From an uncultured Planctomycetales bacterium (GTDB lineage Bacteria > Omnitrophota > Gorgyraeia > Zapsychrales > Fredricksoniimonadaceae), in NCBI GenBank assembly GCA_964532095.1, contig CAZHGK010000005.1, forward strand, positions 1 through 45,764: a stretch of 45,764 bases of DNA. Reading direction: 5' to 3'. Made by a program: the position numbers and the translations under genes. Shown here piece by piece: positions 1 through 9,255 of the stretch. Within the stretch, counting starts at the first letter, position 1. Each line of letters begins with the position of its first letter. The notes beneath the pieces were generated by a model, which searched no databases, had not been told where the DNA came from, and worked only from the letters and a program-made list of their open reading frames with translations.

Positions 1-997
1 CTGTTCCTAGCCCTGCTGTTTCACCAGACAAACATGCCAATTCATTTAAAATCTGTAAGCCAACAGGTGACTCAAAGCTCGAACTAATAATGGCCTTCTT
101 GCCACAGCGACGAGCTTCATCAATCCAATCTAAGCACAAAGACATTGAACCTAATACCGTGGGCTTAATGATATACGCAGCTACTCCTTCGCGTTGACTC
201 AAAGCAGGGGTGCATCGTCCTGGGGTGGTCACGGCTGGCCTTGAGACAACGAGCGTTTCATCTAAGGCAATGGGGATATGCGTTTGCTGATAAAATTCAC
301 TTAAACGCGCTGGATCGCTTAATGGCTCTTCAATAAATTCAATCTGCTCATGCCCCACTAATTTACCAAATAACACTGCTTCTTCAAAGCTCCAAACGCG
401 ATTCGCATCTAAACGAATCATGGCATCTTTGCCTATGATAGTTTTTAAATCCTGGACCTTTTTGACATCCAAAGGAATATTTCGATCACCAACTTTTAAT
501 TTAAAAGTACGGTTGCCTTGCTGGTAACCCTGCCTTGCTTCGTCGATAATCTGTGCTGGAGTGCCTTGTAATAATACAGCACTAGCTACCGTTCGGGTTT
601 GTTCCCCTAATAATTCTGCCAATGAACATTTACAGGCATAGGCAGCAAGTAACATGAACGCTGATTCTATGGCAAACCGTGCCGACGGACACAGGCTTGA
701 AATAACAGAATGATGATTAAACCAGTGCAATAATCCCAACACATCTTCCGGTGCAGATTGGCCAATCAAGGCAGTTTGGGCAACTGTCAGATCATGCTTT
801 GTTTTTTGAATGGTTTCTAAACTAATACCCGGCAAGGGAGCTGCTTCTCCCACTGCTTTTAAACCTTCACTCGTCGTCATCGAAATATAAAAACCTGTGC
901 GGAGGGAAACTGTTGTTGAGGCAAAGCTATAAGGACGGATGAATCCTATTTCATAGGGGTTAATGTCAATGGCTTGTATTGTTAATGGCTGGCCCAT
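1..997 (-). CDS. menC: o-succinylbenzoate synthase (enolase superfamily); C-terminus runs off the left window edge
   Basis: Hand translation from ATG at 995-997 gives MGQPLTIQAIDINPYEIGFIRPYSFASTTVSLRTGFYISMTTSEGLKAVGEAAPLPGISLETIQ... and later ...MIRLDANRVW. Both fit OSBS/enolase-type motifs. It lies directly downstream of menB-menA and overlaps the menA stop by 16 nt. It is absent from the ORF track because no stop falls inside the window. Confidence 0.65.
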   Translation of the reverse strand, partial: MGQPLTIQAIDINPYEIGFIRPYSFASTTVSLRTGFYISMTTSEGLKAVGEAAPLPGISLETIQKTKHDLTVAQTALIGQSAPEDVLGLLHWFNHHSVISSLCPSARFAIESAFMLLAAYACKCSLAELLGEQTRTVASAVLLQGTPAQIIDEARQGYQQGNRTFKLKVGDRNIPLDVKKVQDLKTIIGKDAMIRLDANRVWSFEEAVLFGKLVGHEQIEFIEEPLSDPARLSEFYQQTHIPIALDETLVVSRPAVTTPGRCTPALSQREGVAAYIIKPTVLGSMSLCLDWIDEARRCGKKAIISSSFESPVGLQILNELACLSGETAGLGT

Positions 998-1860
998 AAC
1001 CATCCTGCGCTAAATAATATGCTATAAACAACGAGGATCTGTCCGGTATTCGCCAAGACATTATTTAAGATTGCACCTTCTTTGGTCATCACCTGACGAA
1101 TACTGGCAATGGATAAAAATCCAATGAAGCAGGCAATAAACACTCCCGCATGATCGTCGGTAATTAAATACACCACGCACGGCGTTAATACTGCTCCTAA
1201 AATACATGCCACATATTCACTGCGGGCAAAATCCTTGCCAAAACGTACAGCCAATGTCTTTTTACCGACGGTGCGATCCGTATCTGCATCCCTTAAATTA
1301 TTAACAGCCAAAATAGCCATGGATAAAAACCCCGGAGCCAAACCTGCAACAATCACAGCTGAATTCATTTCCAAGCTTTGAACATAATAAGTACCCCCAA
1401 CAGCCACAGGGCCAAAGAATATAAAAACAAAAATATCGCCCAGCCCTAAATACCCTAATGATTTTCTACCCGCGGTATAAAAAATTCCTGAAAGGATCGA
1501 GGTAATACCAATGATTAAAATAGGCAAACCTGCCCGGAAATACAAATACACACTGATGCCAGCCGCTAAAATAAACATGAGAATCGCTGCGGAACACACC
1601 TGCTGCGGCGATAATAATCCTGCCTGGGTGACACGCACTGGCCCGACGCGATTAACATCCGCACCCTTTTTAAAATCACAATAGTCATTAACAAAATTTG
1701 TGCCGATTTGGATCAATAAGGCCGCAAGCAAGGCAGCAACTGCCGACGGAAGATAGCCAATGCCATCCCCAAATGCCATAGCTGTCCCGATCACCACCGG
1801 ACTGATCGCGGCTGGCAAAGTCTTGGGGCGTGCGGCAAGGATCCAGGCAGATAAACTCAT
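982..1860 (-). CDS. menA: 1,4-dihydroxy-2-naphthoate polyprenyltransferase (UbiA family)
   Basis: 292-aa polytopic membrane protein with the Asp-rich NDYCDFKKGAD motif and a second DADTD motif. Abuts the menB stop. Confidence 0.85.
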   Translation of the reverse strand: MSLSAWILAARPKTLPAAISPVVIGTAMAFGDGIGYLPSAVAALLAALLIQIGTNFVNDYCDFKKGADVNRVGPVRVTQAGLLSPQQVCSAAILMFILAAGISVYLYFRAGLPILIIGITSILSGIFYTAGRKSLGYLGLGDIFVFIFFGPVAVGGTYYVQSLEMNSAVIVAGLAPGFLSMAILAVNNLRDADTDRTVGKKTLAVRFGKDFARSEYVACILGAVLTPCVVYLITDDHAGVFIACFIGFLSIASIRQVMTKEGAILNNVLANTGQILVVYSILFSAGWLWASH

Positions 1861-2685
1861 TTAAGGACGTTTGGGAAATTTAGAAAAGTTGGGTTTACGT
1901 TTTTGTTGGAAAGCATTGCGACCTTCCTGACCTTCTTCAGTCATATAAAAAAGCATGGTGGCATTGCCCGCCAGCTCTTGTAAACCAGCTTGACCGTCGC
2001 AATCGGCATTTAACGCCGCCTTTAAACAGCGAATGGCGATCGGAGAATGTTGAAGGATTTCACGGCACCACTGAATAGTTTCCTGTTCTAATTTTTTATA
2101 TGGGACAACCGTATTCACTAAACCCATGTCTAAGGCTTGCTTGGCATTATACTGACGGCACAAAAACCAGATTTCCCGCGCTTTCTTTTGACCAACAATG
2201 CGCGCCATATAACTGGAACCATACCCACCATCGAAAGAACCTACCTTTGGCCCGGTCTGACCGAAAATCGCATTGTCAGCCGCCACAGTTAAATCACATA
2301 ACATCTGCAAGATCTGTCCACCACCGACGGCATATCCTGCCACCATGGCGATCACAGGTTTAGGGCAAGAGCGGATCTGACGTTGAAAATCCAAAACATT
2401 CAATCGATGATGACCGCTTTGATTGTCTTTATAACCAGCATCCCCCCTGATTTTTTGATCACCTCCAGAACAAAAGGCATCCTTGCCTTCGCCTGTCAGA
2501 ATAATGACACCGATCTTTTCATCGTCGCGGGCATTATCCAAGGCATGCATCATCTCTTTGACAGTCACAGGGGTGAAGGCATTGCGGCGGTGCGGCCGAT
2601 TAATGGTAATTTTAGCAATCCCATCCATTTTCTGATATTTAATCTCTTCGTAGGACCCAACAGATTTCCATTTGATCGTCGACAT
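1861..2685 (-). CDS. menB: 1,4-dihydroxy-2-naphthoyl-CoA synthase (crotonase fold)
   Basis: 274 aa. [24 protein letters not shown] and [11 protein letters not shown] are typical of MenB. Confidence 0.92.
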   Translation of the reverse strand: MSTIKWKSVGSYEEIKYQKMDGIAKITINRPHRRNAFTPVTVKEMMHALDNARDDEKIGVIILTGEGKDAFCSGGDQKIRGDAGYKDNQSGHHRLNVLDFQRQIRSCPKPVIAMVAGYAVGGGQILQMLCDLTVAADNAIFGQTGPKVGSFDGGYGSSYMARIVGQKKAREIWFLCRQYNAKQALDMGLVNTVVPYKKLEQETIQWCREILQHSPIAIRCLKAALNADCDGQAGLQELAGNATMLFYMTEEGQEGRNAFQQKRKPNFSKFPKRP

Positions 2686-2686
2686 T

Positions 2687-2992
2687 TTACTTATACCTCG
2701 GGATTAAATGCACATGGGCGTGCATGACGATTTGGCCAGCAGCTTCGCCACAATTGGCCACAATATTAAACGCATCTGGTTTATGTTCTTTGTCTAATAA
2801 TTCTTTGGCTTGAGAAATCAAATCAAAAATGGCCTTACGTTCCTCGATGGTGGAATCAAAAATCGTTAGGTGATGACGTTTGGGAATAAACAACATATGC
2901 CCTTTACTGTGGGGCTTGATATCATAAACGGCATACGCCAAATTATTCTCCAAGACCTTGGGTAGATTTTTACAGAAGATGCAATCTGACAT
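2687..2992 (-). CDS. HIT-family (histidine triad) hydrolase
   Basis: C-terminal [10 protein letters not shown] histidine triad. The ORF track extends to 3052 (TTG), but MSDCIFCK from the ATG at 2990-2992 matches typical HIT N-termini. Confidence 0.8.
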   Translation of the reverse strand: MSDCIFCKNLPKVLENNLAYAVYDIKPHSKGHMLFIPKRHHLTIFDSTIEERKAIFDLISQAKELLDKEHKPDAFNIVANCGEAAGQIVMHAHVHLIPRYK

Positions 2993-3048
2993 AGCCGCTG
3001 GTACTTTCAATTTTCGATTTGGATTATAACGACGGATCGTGCAGGGCA

Positions 3049-3309
3049 TCAAACTTTTAAACTACGCTGCAGCTGTTCGACGTCTTTTTTTGCTTTCATC
3101 GGTGAGACATTAAAAATTTCCCCATACAGCTGTATGGCTAAATCTTTTTCACCTTCCATCAATAAATGTCGCACATCAAACATGGTTCCCTTACCCTTGA
3201 CGGGTAATTTACCACGACGACGAGCTTCATTAACAGACCAAGAATGATAAATATTTATGATGATCAAGATGCAAACTAAAACCACCAATGTGCCATAAAG
3301 GACCGTCAT
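3049..3309 (-). CDS. small membrane-anchored hypothetical protein
   Basis: 86 aa with one N-terminal TM helix (LYGTLVVLVCILIIINIY) and a charged helical tail. Translationally coupled with xseB (4-nt overlap). Confidence 0.5.
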   Translation of the reverse strand: MTVLYGTLVVLVCILIIINIYHSWSVNEARRRGKLPVKGKGTMFDVRHLLMEGEKDLAIQLYGEIFNVSPMKAKKDVEQLQRSLKV

Positions 3310-3497
3310 AAAAGCTTCTCCACCACCTGTTTGACTTCCAGTTCAGCTTTATCGATTTTAGCCTTGCACACCTTAATTAAATCAATGGCTTCTTTGACCT
3401 TGGCGGACAATTCATCCACATCAATATCGTCATTTTCGATTTGACCGATGATGGTATCTAAACGTTCAATTGCTTTTGTGTATTTGATATCTGGCAT
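3306..3497 (-). CDS. xseB: exodeoxyribonuclease VII small subunit
   Basis: 63-aa helical protein (LDTIIGQIENDDIDVDEL...) immediately downstream of xseA, overlapping it by 1 nt. Confidence 0.85.
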   Translation of the reverse strand: MPDIKYTKAIERLDTIIGQIENDDIDVDELSAKVKEAIDLIKVCKAKIDKAELEVKQVVEKLL

Positions 3498-4795
3498 TAA
3501 ACCTTACTCTTGATAATTCCGTCAGAAACCTGGGTATTTAAAACATCCCCTGATTTGGCATCTTTCTTAGTACGGATAATTTTCCCATCTGCCCGTCGAG
3601 TAATGCTAAAACCCCGCTTGAGAATGTTATGCGGATCTGCCATTTCGATAAGCTTCTGGTATGCCTGTATTTTAGTGCGGGAATTCGTCAGGCGCAAATG
3701 AATTGTTTTGTTTAAATCGAGCTGCGTTTGATCTAAACGCTGTCGGGATATTTTCAAAGCATTAACAGGCATTTGCCTGAGGATTTGGCCAATTTGCGAC
3801 AGCCGCTGGTGCTGTTGTTTAAACAGATCCACCGTCCCTGTTTGCAAGATAACGGCACAGCCCTTAAGATGCTCTTTTTGTTTGGCAATCACATCTTCTG
3901 CCAGGCCAATTAATGTTTTCTCTTTTTCTTGAAGATGGTCTAGAAATTCCTGCACGCGTCCAATTAGAAACTGCGCCACTGCCGTCGGCGTTTTAGCAAA
4001 GGTGTGGGCTGCCAAATCTGTAACCGTAGTATTGATCTCGTGGCCAATACCACTAATAACCGGCAACGGACAAAGAGCAATTGTTTGCGCAATAAGCGCA
4101 CTATCAAAGCAACTTAATTCTGCAATTGAGCCTCCCCCACGGGTAATAACAATCACATCCAACTCTTGATTTCCCTGCAAACGCTCAAGCGCATTTTTAA
4201 CAGACGCTTCCGCATTCTTCCCTTGCATAAGGGTATTAATGACATGGACAGAAAACCCAAACCCGCTACGTTTAATCTCGTCGATAAAATCGTGATAGGC
4301 AGCGGAATCGTAGGAGGTGATCAAACCAATATTTAAAGGCACCCGCGGCATGGATGTTTGTTTATTTTTATCCAAAAGGCCTTGTTGCTTTAGTTGCGCA
4401 ATCAGGCGTTGACGATCTTGGGCGATCTTGCCTAAGGTATAAATCGGATCAATGGCTGCAACAATGAGACGCACCTGGCCGTGGCCAGGATAAAAATCCA
4501 CACTGCATAAAAACTTCACTTCAATATCATCTTTAAGTCGGAAGGCATTTTCAGCTTTCGCTAAAGTTGCTTCAATCGACGGGCGGGTATTGGCAAAAAT
4601 CACCAGGCCAATGCGGGCCTTGATTTCGTGGGTAACAGGATCTTTTTCACACAGCTCGAAAAAAACATGCTTTTTATCTTTGCCGCGGTCATACCCCTGG
4701 ATTTCCCCACACACCCAAACGGGTTGTGGAAAACCACTGTTTAAAACATCGCGGATAAATACATTTAATTGGCTAACAGATAGGGTATTGTCCAT
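3497..4795 (-). CDS. xseA: exodeoxyribonuclease VII large subunit
   Basis: 432 aa. N-terminal OB-fold region LSVSQLNVFIRDVLNSGFPQPVWVCGEI, catalytic core ITRGGGSIAEL, C-terminal coiled coil. Confidence 0.9.
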   Translation of the reverse strand: MDNTLSVSQLNVFIRDVLNSGFPQPVWVCGEIQGYDRGKDKKHVFFELCEKDPVTHEIKARIGLVIFANTRPSIEATLAKAENAFRLKDDIEVKFLCSVDFYPGHGQVRLIVAAIDPIYTLGKIAQDRQRLIAQLKQQGLLDKNKQTSMPRVPLNIGLITSYDSAAYHDFIDEIKRSGFGFSVHVINTLMQGKNAEASVKNALERLQGNQELDVIVITRGGGSIAELSCFDSALIAQTIALCPLPVISGIGHEINTTVTDLAAHTFAKTPTAVAQFLIGRVQEFLDHLQEKEKTLIGLAEDVIAKQKEHLKGCAVILQTGTVDLFKQQHQRLSQIGQILRQMPVNALKISRQRLDQTQLDLNKTIHLRLTNSRTKIQAYQKLIEMADPHNILKRGFSITRRADGKIIRTKKDAKSGDVLNTQVSDGIIKSKV

Positions 4796-5211
4796 TATTC
4801 TTTAATAATATTCAGCGCTAAAAGCTCACGTTCTAAAGCCTGGCCTGCAGGAATAATCACTGCATCCAAACCTTTAAGTCGGTTGTCCAAATCATTCTTT
4901 AAACCATGAAGCTTTTTGGCATTCTCGATATTCTTTCGAGTAATATCCTCGGTGTACCACTTTTCAAATTCCTTGTAGGCATTGAAACTACCATTGAATT
5001 GGGCCAGGGTCAGCGCATAGGCCTTAATAGATTCATGCTTTTTTATAACATCCATTTCCTTAACCGGCTCCCATGCCTTTAATAAAAATTTCTCGGTGAT
5101 AAACTGACGTTGGTCCATGACATAAAATAATTCCAAGTTCTTGTCCATCTCAGACAAGAAATCCAAAAGTTGTTTTCGCATGGCAAACTTATTTAAGAAG
5201 GAAATTTTCAT
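4795..5211 (-). CDS. hypothetical protein
   Basis: The ATG at 5209-5211 shares 1 nt with the upstream stop (TAATG). Helical and charged, with no motif I recognise. Confidence 0.5.
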   Translation of the reverse strand: MKISFLNKFAMRKQLLDFLSEMDKNLELFYVMDQRQFITEKFLLKAWEPVKEMDVIKKHESIKAYALTLAQFNGSFNAYKEFEKWYTEDITRKNIENAKKLHGLKNDLDNRLKGLDAVIIPAGQALERELLALNIIKE

Positions 5212-7241
5212 TAGCGGGCCGCCCAAAGTCTAAAGTGTTTAAATTCATCAAAAATGGAATTCCATTTTACAATTGGTAATACCGACGAGTAATCATCTGT
5301 CCAAACGCGCATGGGCTTATACATCTCTGGCAACAGCGGCCGCCACCCCTGGTCGGTGATTAAATGCATATACCGTTCCCTGTCCCATGTCACAACCGCC
5401 CATACCGTGCGCATGGTAATGCCATCTAAACTGGAATTCTTAACTGCAGCCATCGCTCCCGTCGCTGCAGCAATATGGGCAATCACAGGCTCTAAATCGA
5501 AATACCGGTTAGGAATATGGAATAAAATTCCTCCTCGTTCTGTCAGCATGGAACGGTATTTGGCCAAGACATCAGCATTGATTAAATGCACAGGAACTGA
5601 ATCTCCCCCAAAGGCATCAATCACCATGGTGCCATAGCGACGGTCGTTATGCTGCTGCAATTGCAAGCGAGCATCACCAACAATAACATCAACCCACAAG
5701 GATGAAAACGACAGGTACCAGAAATATTTCTTGGCAATATCCACCACATCCGGGTCTAATTCATAGAAATCCATCGGCATGGTAGGCTTGGCATACACTG
5801 CGATCGTGCCTGCTCCTAACCCGATGGCTGCAATACGGTCTGCTTCGAAATAATTCTGGCTTAGAATTTCTCCCATTGGTGTGCGTGGGCTGTAATAGCC
5901 TAACGGAATCCAACGTTGCTTTGGATCAATGAATTCCAGGCCATGTAGCGTTGTCCCATGCACCATGGTCCTTACCTTTTCTCGGGAATTATCAAAAATA
6001 TCGTAAATGCCGTAATAATTGCGTTGGCGATACACCGACGGGTGCGGCTTAACAACGGATTCAGCAGCCAAGGCTAAAAGCAATAATACACTGACCGCAA
6101 TCTTAATCCAACGGCCACTGAGCAACACGGCAACCCCTAATAATCCCAATAAGAATTCAATGGGTGCCTTGGAAATAACAGGAATAATCCAGCTGGTGAT
6201 AAAACCCCCAACAAATCCTCCTAATGAAATCATCACATAAAACAATGTCAGGTCTTTGACCGCGGGCTTGGATTTAATCAACTCGTGCTGGATATGCATG
6301 CACAGGCACATTAAAAACACCAAGAAAACCACCAAGGTAACGAGCGGCGGCAAGAATACAAAACGGGATTGGAAATATAAAATCACTGATAAAACCAGGA
6401 TTGACGGGATAGATACCTGCATCCATCGAGGAAAAAATGGACGTTCCTTAAAACACAAAACAAAACTCAATAGATAGATTGCCAATGGGATCACCCACAA
6501 TAATGGGATTGGGGCTACTTCATAGGTCATGATATTGGTGACAGATAAAAATAAAATAACTGCGCTGGCACTTAAAATCAGCCATTTGAACAATTGGCCA
6601 CGGTTGACAGCTACTGCCCCGTCTTCTGTTTGGATATTAGCTGCCCCTTGGGCAACACGTACACAATAAAAAGCAATGATGTGTAGGGCGATTAAAACCA
6701 AATAAATCACCCGCCAGATATTTAACATTTCGGTATTTGTGAGGAAATATTCAAAAATAAACGGATAGGTCAACAAAGCCCCAAAAGAACCCGCGTTTGA
6801 GATCGCATACAAAAGATACGGATATTTAGCGCGCGCCAAGGTGCTTTGCGCTAACCAGCTTTGGGTCACTAACGATACCGTCGATAAAACAAAGAACACC
6901 GGGCCTACGGTCATTAATAAACGCCAAAATACATCCATCACCAACGGCAAATGGCCGGTGTGTTGGGGCAAATGTATGGCATGGCCTGGAAAGAATAATA
7001 AAGGAATGAGTAAGAAAACAGCGTGAATCTTTAAATAGGATGCAATGCCATAACGGGAAATCAAATAATGGGCACTGATATAACCGAGAAAAAGGATGGC
7101 TTGAAAGAAAACAACGCACGCCCCCCAAACGAGATAGCTACCACCGTAAATAGGAAGGAATAATTTCGCGGCGATCAGCTCAATTTGAAAAAGCGCGAAG
7201 GCGGAGACAAATGTGATCGCGCTTAATAGGATAAATCCCAT
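5211..7241 (-). CDS. fused polytopic membrane domain / spermidine-synthase-like SAM methyltransferase-fold protein
   Basis: 676 aa. About 10-12 N-terminal TM helices, then AIGLGAGT (SAM/dcSAM loop) and VIDAFGGDSVPVHL, typical of the spermine/spermidine synthase family. Confidence 0.75.
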   Translation of the reverse strand: MGFILLSAITFVSAFALFQIELIAAKLFLPIYGGSYLVWGACVVFFQAILFLGYISAHYLISRYGIASYLKIHAVFLLIPLLFFPGHAIHLPQHTGHLPLVMDVFWRLLMTVGPVFFVLSTVSLVTQSWLAQSTLARAKYPYLLYAISNAGSFGALLTYPFIFEYFLTNTEMLNIWRVIYLVLIALHIIAFYCVRVAQGAANIQTEDGAVAVNRGQLFKWLILSASAVILFLSVTNIMTYEVAPIPLLWVIPLAIYLLSFVLCFKERPFFPRWMQVSIPSILVLSVILYFQSRFVFLPPLVTLVVFLVFLMCLCMHIQHELIKSKPAVKDLTLFYVMISLGGFVGGFITSWIIPVISKAPIEFLLGLLGVAVLLSGRWIKIAVSVLLLLALAAESVVKPHPSVYRQRNYYGIYDIFDNSREKVRTMVHGTTLHGLEFIDPKQRWIPLGYYSPRTPMGEILSQNYFEADRIAAIGLGAGTIAVYAKPTMPMDFYELDPDVVDIAKKYFWYLSFSSLWVDVIVGDARLQLQQHNDRRYGTMVIDAFGGDSVPVHLINADVLAKYRSMLTERGGILFHIPNRYFDLEPVIAHIAAATGAMAAVKNSSLDGITMRTVWAVVTWDRERYMHLITDQGWRPLLPEMYKPMRVWTDDYSSVLPIVKWNSIFDEFKHFRLWAAR

Positions 7242-7352
7242 ATTTTAGAAACCTTTAAAACCATTAAGTTAATTTTTAAAACCAATCAACTATACTTGGC
7301 ATTATGAGGTTTGTCATGAAAAAAATAATTGTAATTCTTTATAGATGCAAAC

Positions 7353-7643
7353 TCATTTCTTAAGAACAAAAGATACCCTAAGGTCCGCGCCACAAGCAGA
7401 AGCTATCTTCTGAAGCAAAGAAACACTGTATCCTTTATAATTATTACTTTCATATCGGGAAATAGCTGATTTAGTAGTATGAATCTTCTTAGCCAATTGC
7501 TCTTGGGTTAAATGAGCTTTGTGACGCAATTCAGCAATTTTCTCAGAAATAACAAGATTGTTATATTCTTTCTCAAAATTTTTACTAAAATTTTTATCTT
7601 CCATCAATTGATCAAGATACGTCCTAACTTTAGTTGTTTTCAT
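7353..7643 (-). CDS. XRE-family HTH antitoxin (HigA-like)
   Basis: HTH LTQEQLAKKIHTTKSAISRYESN. Overlaps the upstream toxin gene by 14 nt. ATG at 7641-7643; the ORF track start is 7652. Confidence 0.8.
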   Translation of the reverse strand: MKTTKVRTYLDQLMEDKNFSKNFEKEYNNLVISEKIAELRHKAHLTQEQLAKKIHTTKSAISRYESNNYKGYSVSLLQKIASACGADLRVSFVLKK

Positions 7644-8037
7644 AATAAACACCCCCTTTTACACGAAATTCATAATCCATTTTAAAATTAATTGCCTTTG
7701 CTAATTCTCTTTGTTCAACCTTTTGACCTTTTTTACGATAGGCGTTAGTTATAATGATTTTACTGCCTTCATAGAAGAAATTAAAAAATCGTTCCTCTTT
7801 CGGTTTAAACTCATAAATTTTTTCTTGCCGATCAACAAGCCGAAACTTTCTCTCATCAAAAAGCCTCCCTGTATCTGCCATATGTTTGACCAAGGCTGAA
7901 AGTTTAATCTTGATTTGGTCATCAGCCAGTTCAAGATACTCTTTTACAGGAATTTCTCCTTTGTGCGTAAAATAAAATTCAATTTGAAACTTTTCTCCTT
8001 GATAGAAAACGTAGTCCTCCTGCCTTGGACAATTCAT
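7630..8037 (-). CDS. Gp49-like / HigB-type (RelE superfamily) toxin
   Basis: 135 aa. IYEFKPKEERFFNFFYEGSKIIITNAYRKKGQK is typical of the phage Gp49-like toxin family. Toxin-first gene order as in higBA. Confidence 0.7.
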   Translation of the reverse strand: MNCPRQEDYVFYQGEKFQIEFYFTHKGEIPVKEYLELADDQIKIKLSALVKHMADTGRLFDERKFRLVDRQEKIYEFKPKEERFFNFFYEGSKIIITNAYRKKGQKVEQRELAKAINFKMDYEFRVKGGVYYENN

Positions 8038-8050
8038 ATTAGCTCCATTT

Positions 8051-8076
8051 AAATGTTAGCATATATGCTAACATTT
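8051..8076. promoter_or_regulatory. perfect 26-bp palindrome, probable TA operator
   Basis: AAATGTTAGCATATATGCTAACATTT lies 14 nt upstream of the toxin start codon. Confidence 0.6.
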
Positions 8077-8240
8077 GTCAAAAAAGGATTTATAAAATAA
8101 GGGGATTAATACTATTGGGGGATATATAAAACACTTTGGGGAAGTGAAAAACAAAGCAAACTCTTAAGCATAAGGTATTATACGCACCTCTTTAAGAGCG
8201 TCAAATCAAATACATCCCATTACGCGACAGTTATGCTTAT

Positions 8241-9242
8241 CTAAATAACTGGGTAAGAATAGCTTTGTAAAACCTTCATGTAATTGGCGCGCTCAAATGC
8301 TTCTGGATTAGCACAGTATTTCTGGCTCATACTCCCATGCATCTGTTGCAAGGAAATATATTCCCGACTTTTCATCCAGGCTTCTATGGCGCTTAAAATT
8401 TGAGGAACGCTCGCGACCCCATATTTTAAAAGCACGGAGCATAACATAGTTACATCTGCCCCTGCCATGATCATCTTAATAGCATCTTCTGCTGTATGGA
8501 TACCGCCTGTCGCTGCCATGCTGCACCGTAAACGGTCATGCAAAATTGCAATCCAGCGCATCGGTAATCGCATGGCCTGCGGGGTACTTAAATTCATGCT
8601 CGGGTAAACTTCCAAATTTTCCAAATCAATATCTGGTTGATAAAACCGGTTAAATAAAACAATGCCGTCAACACCAGCATCATCCAAACGCTTGGCCATA
8701 TTGGCCATATTGCTAAAATAAGGGCCTAACTTAACAGCGACGGGAATTGTTACTGATTCCTTGACCGCCTGAACAATATCCAAATAAGTATTTTCCACAT
8801 CCTGGCCAGAAATATTCAAGTCTGTCGGGATCATGTAAATGTTAAGTTCCAATGCGTCGGCCCCTGCCTCTTGCATGTACTTGGCATATTTAGTCCACCC
8901 GCCCTTGGAATACCCGTTTAAACTGGCGATCACCGGAACACTAACAGCTTTTTTGATTTTGGCGATGTGGACTAAATATTCTTCGGGGCCGACAAAGAAT
9001 TTCTCGGGTTCCGGGAAGAATGACAATGCCTCAGCAAAACTATTGGTCCCTCGGGACAAATGATTATCAAGCGATAAACTTTCCTGAATGATCTGCTCTT
9101 CAAATAATGAAAAACAGACAATGGCTGCGATCCCACCATCATCCAACCGACGGCAAACATCAATATTATGAGAAATTGGTGATGCAGATGCCACGAGCGG
9201 GTTGCGCAAAGTCAAACCCATATATTTAGTCGTTAGGTCCAT
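8241..9242 (-). CDS. dihydroorotate dehydrogenase-like (class 1 PyrD-type TIM-barrel flavoprotein)
   Basis: 333 aa. LRNPLVASASP near the N-terminus, plus GIVLFNR and ATGGI motifs of DHOD/DHPD-type barrels. Sits 13 nt downstream of nifJ. Confidence 0.75.
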   Translation of the reverse strand: MDLTTKYMGLTLRNPLVASASPISHNIDVCRRLDDGGIAAIVCFSLFEEQIIQESLSLDNHLSRGTNSFAEALSFFPEPEKFFVGPEEYLVHIAKIKKAVSVPVIASLNGYSKGGWTKYAKYMQEAGADALELNIYMIPTDLNISGQDVENTYLDIVQAVKESVTIPVAVKLGPYFSNMANMAKRLDDAGVDGIVLFNRFYQPDIDLENLEVYPSMNLSTPQAMRLPMRWIAILHDRLRCSMAATGGIHTAEDAIKMIMAGADVTMLCSVLLKYGVASVPQILSAIEAWMKSREYISLQQMHGSMSQKYCANPEAFERANYMKVLQSYSYPVI

Positions 9243-9255
9243 AGATTTTTAATCC

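Noticed and set aside
6826-7128. 100-aa minus-strand ORF in another frame, plus several plus-strand ORFs, within the spermidine-synthase-like gene
   Set aside because: They are nested in a 676-aa ORF with coherent TM topology and a SAM-fold domain. Nothing independent supports them.
7304-7363. 19-aa plus-strand ORF (MRFVMKKIIVILYRCKLIS) in the spacer before the TA module
   Set aside because: It is too short, has no RBS, and overlaps the 3' end of the antitoxin gene in antisense.
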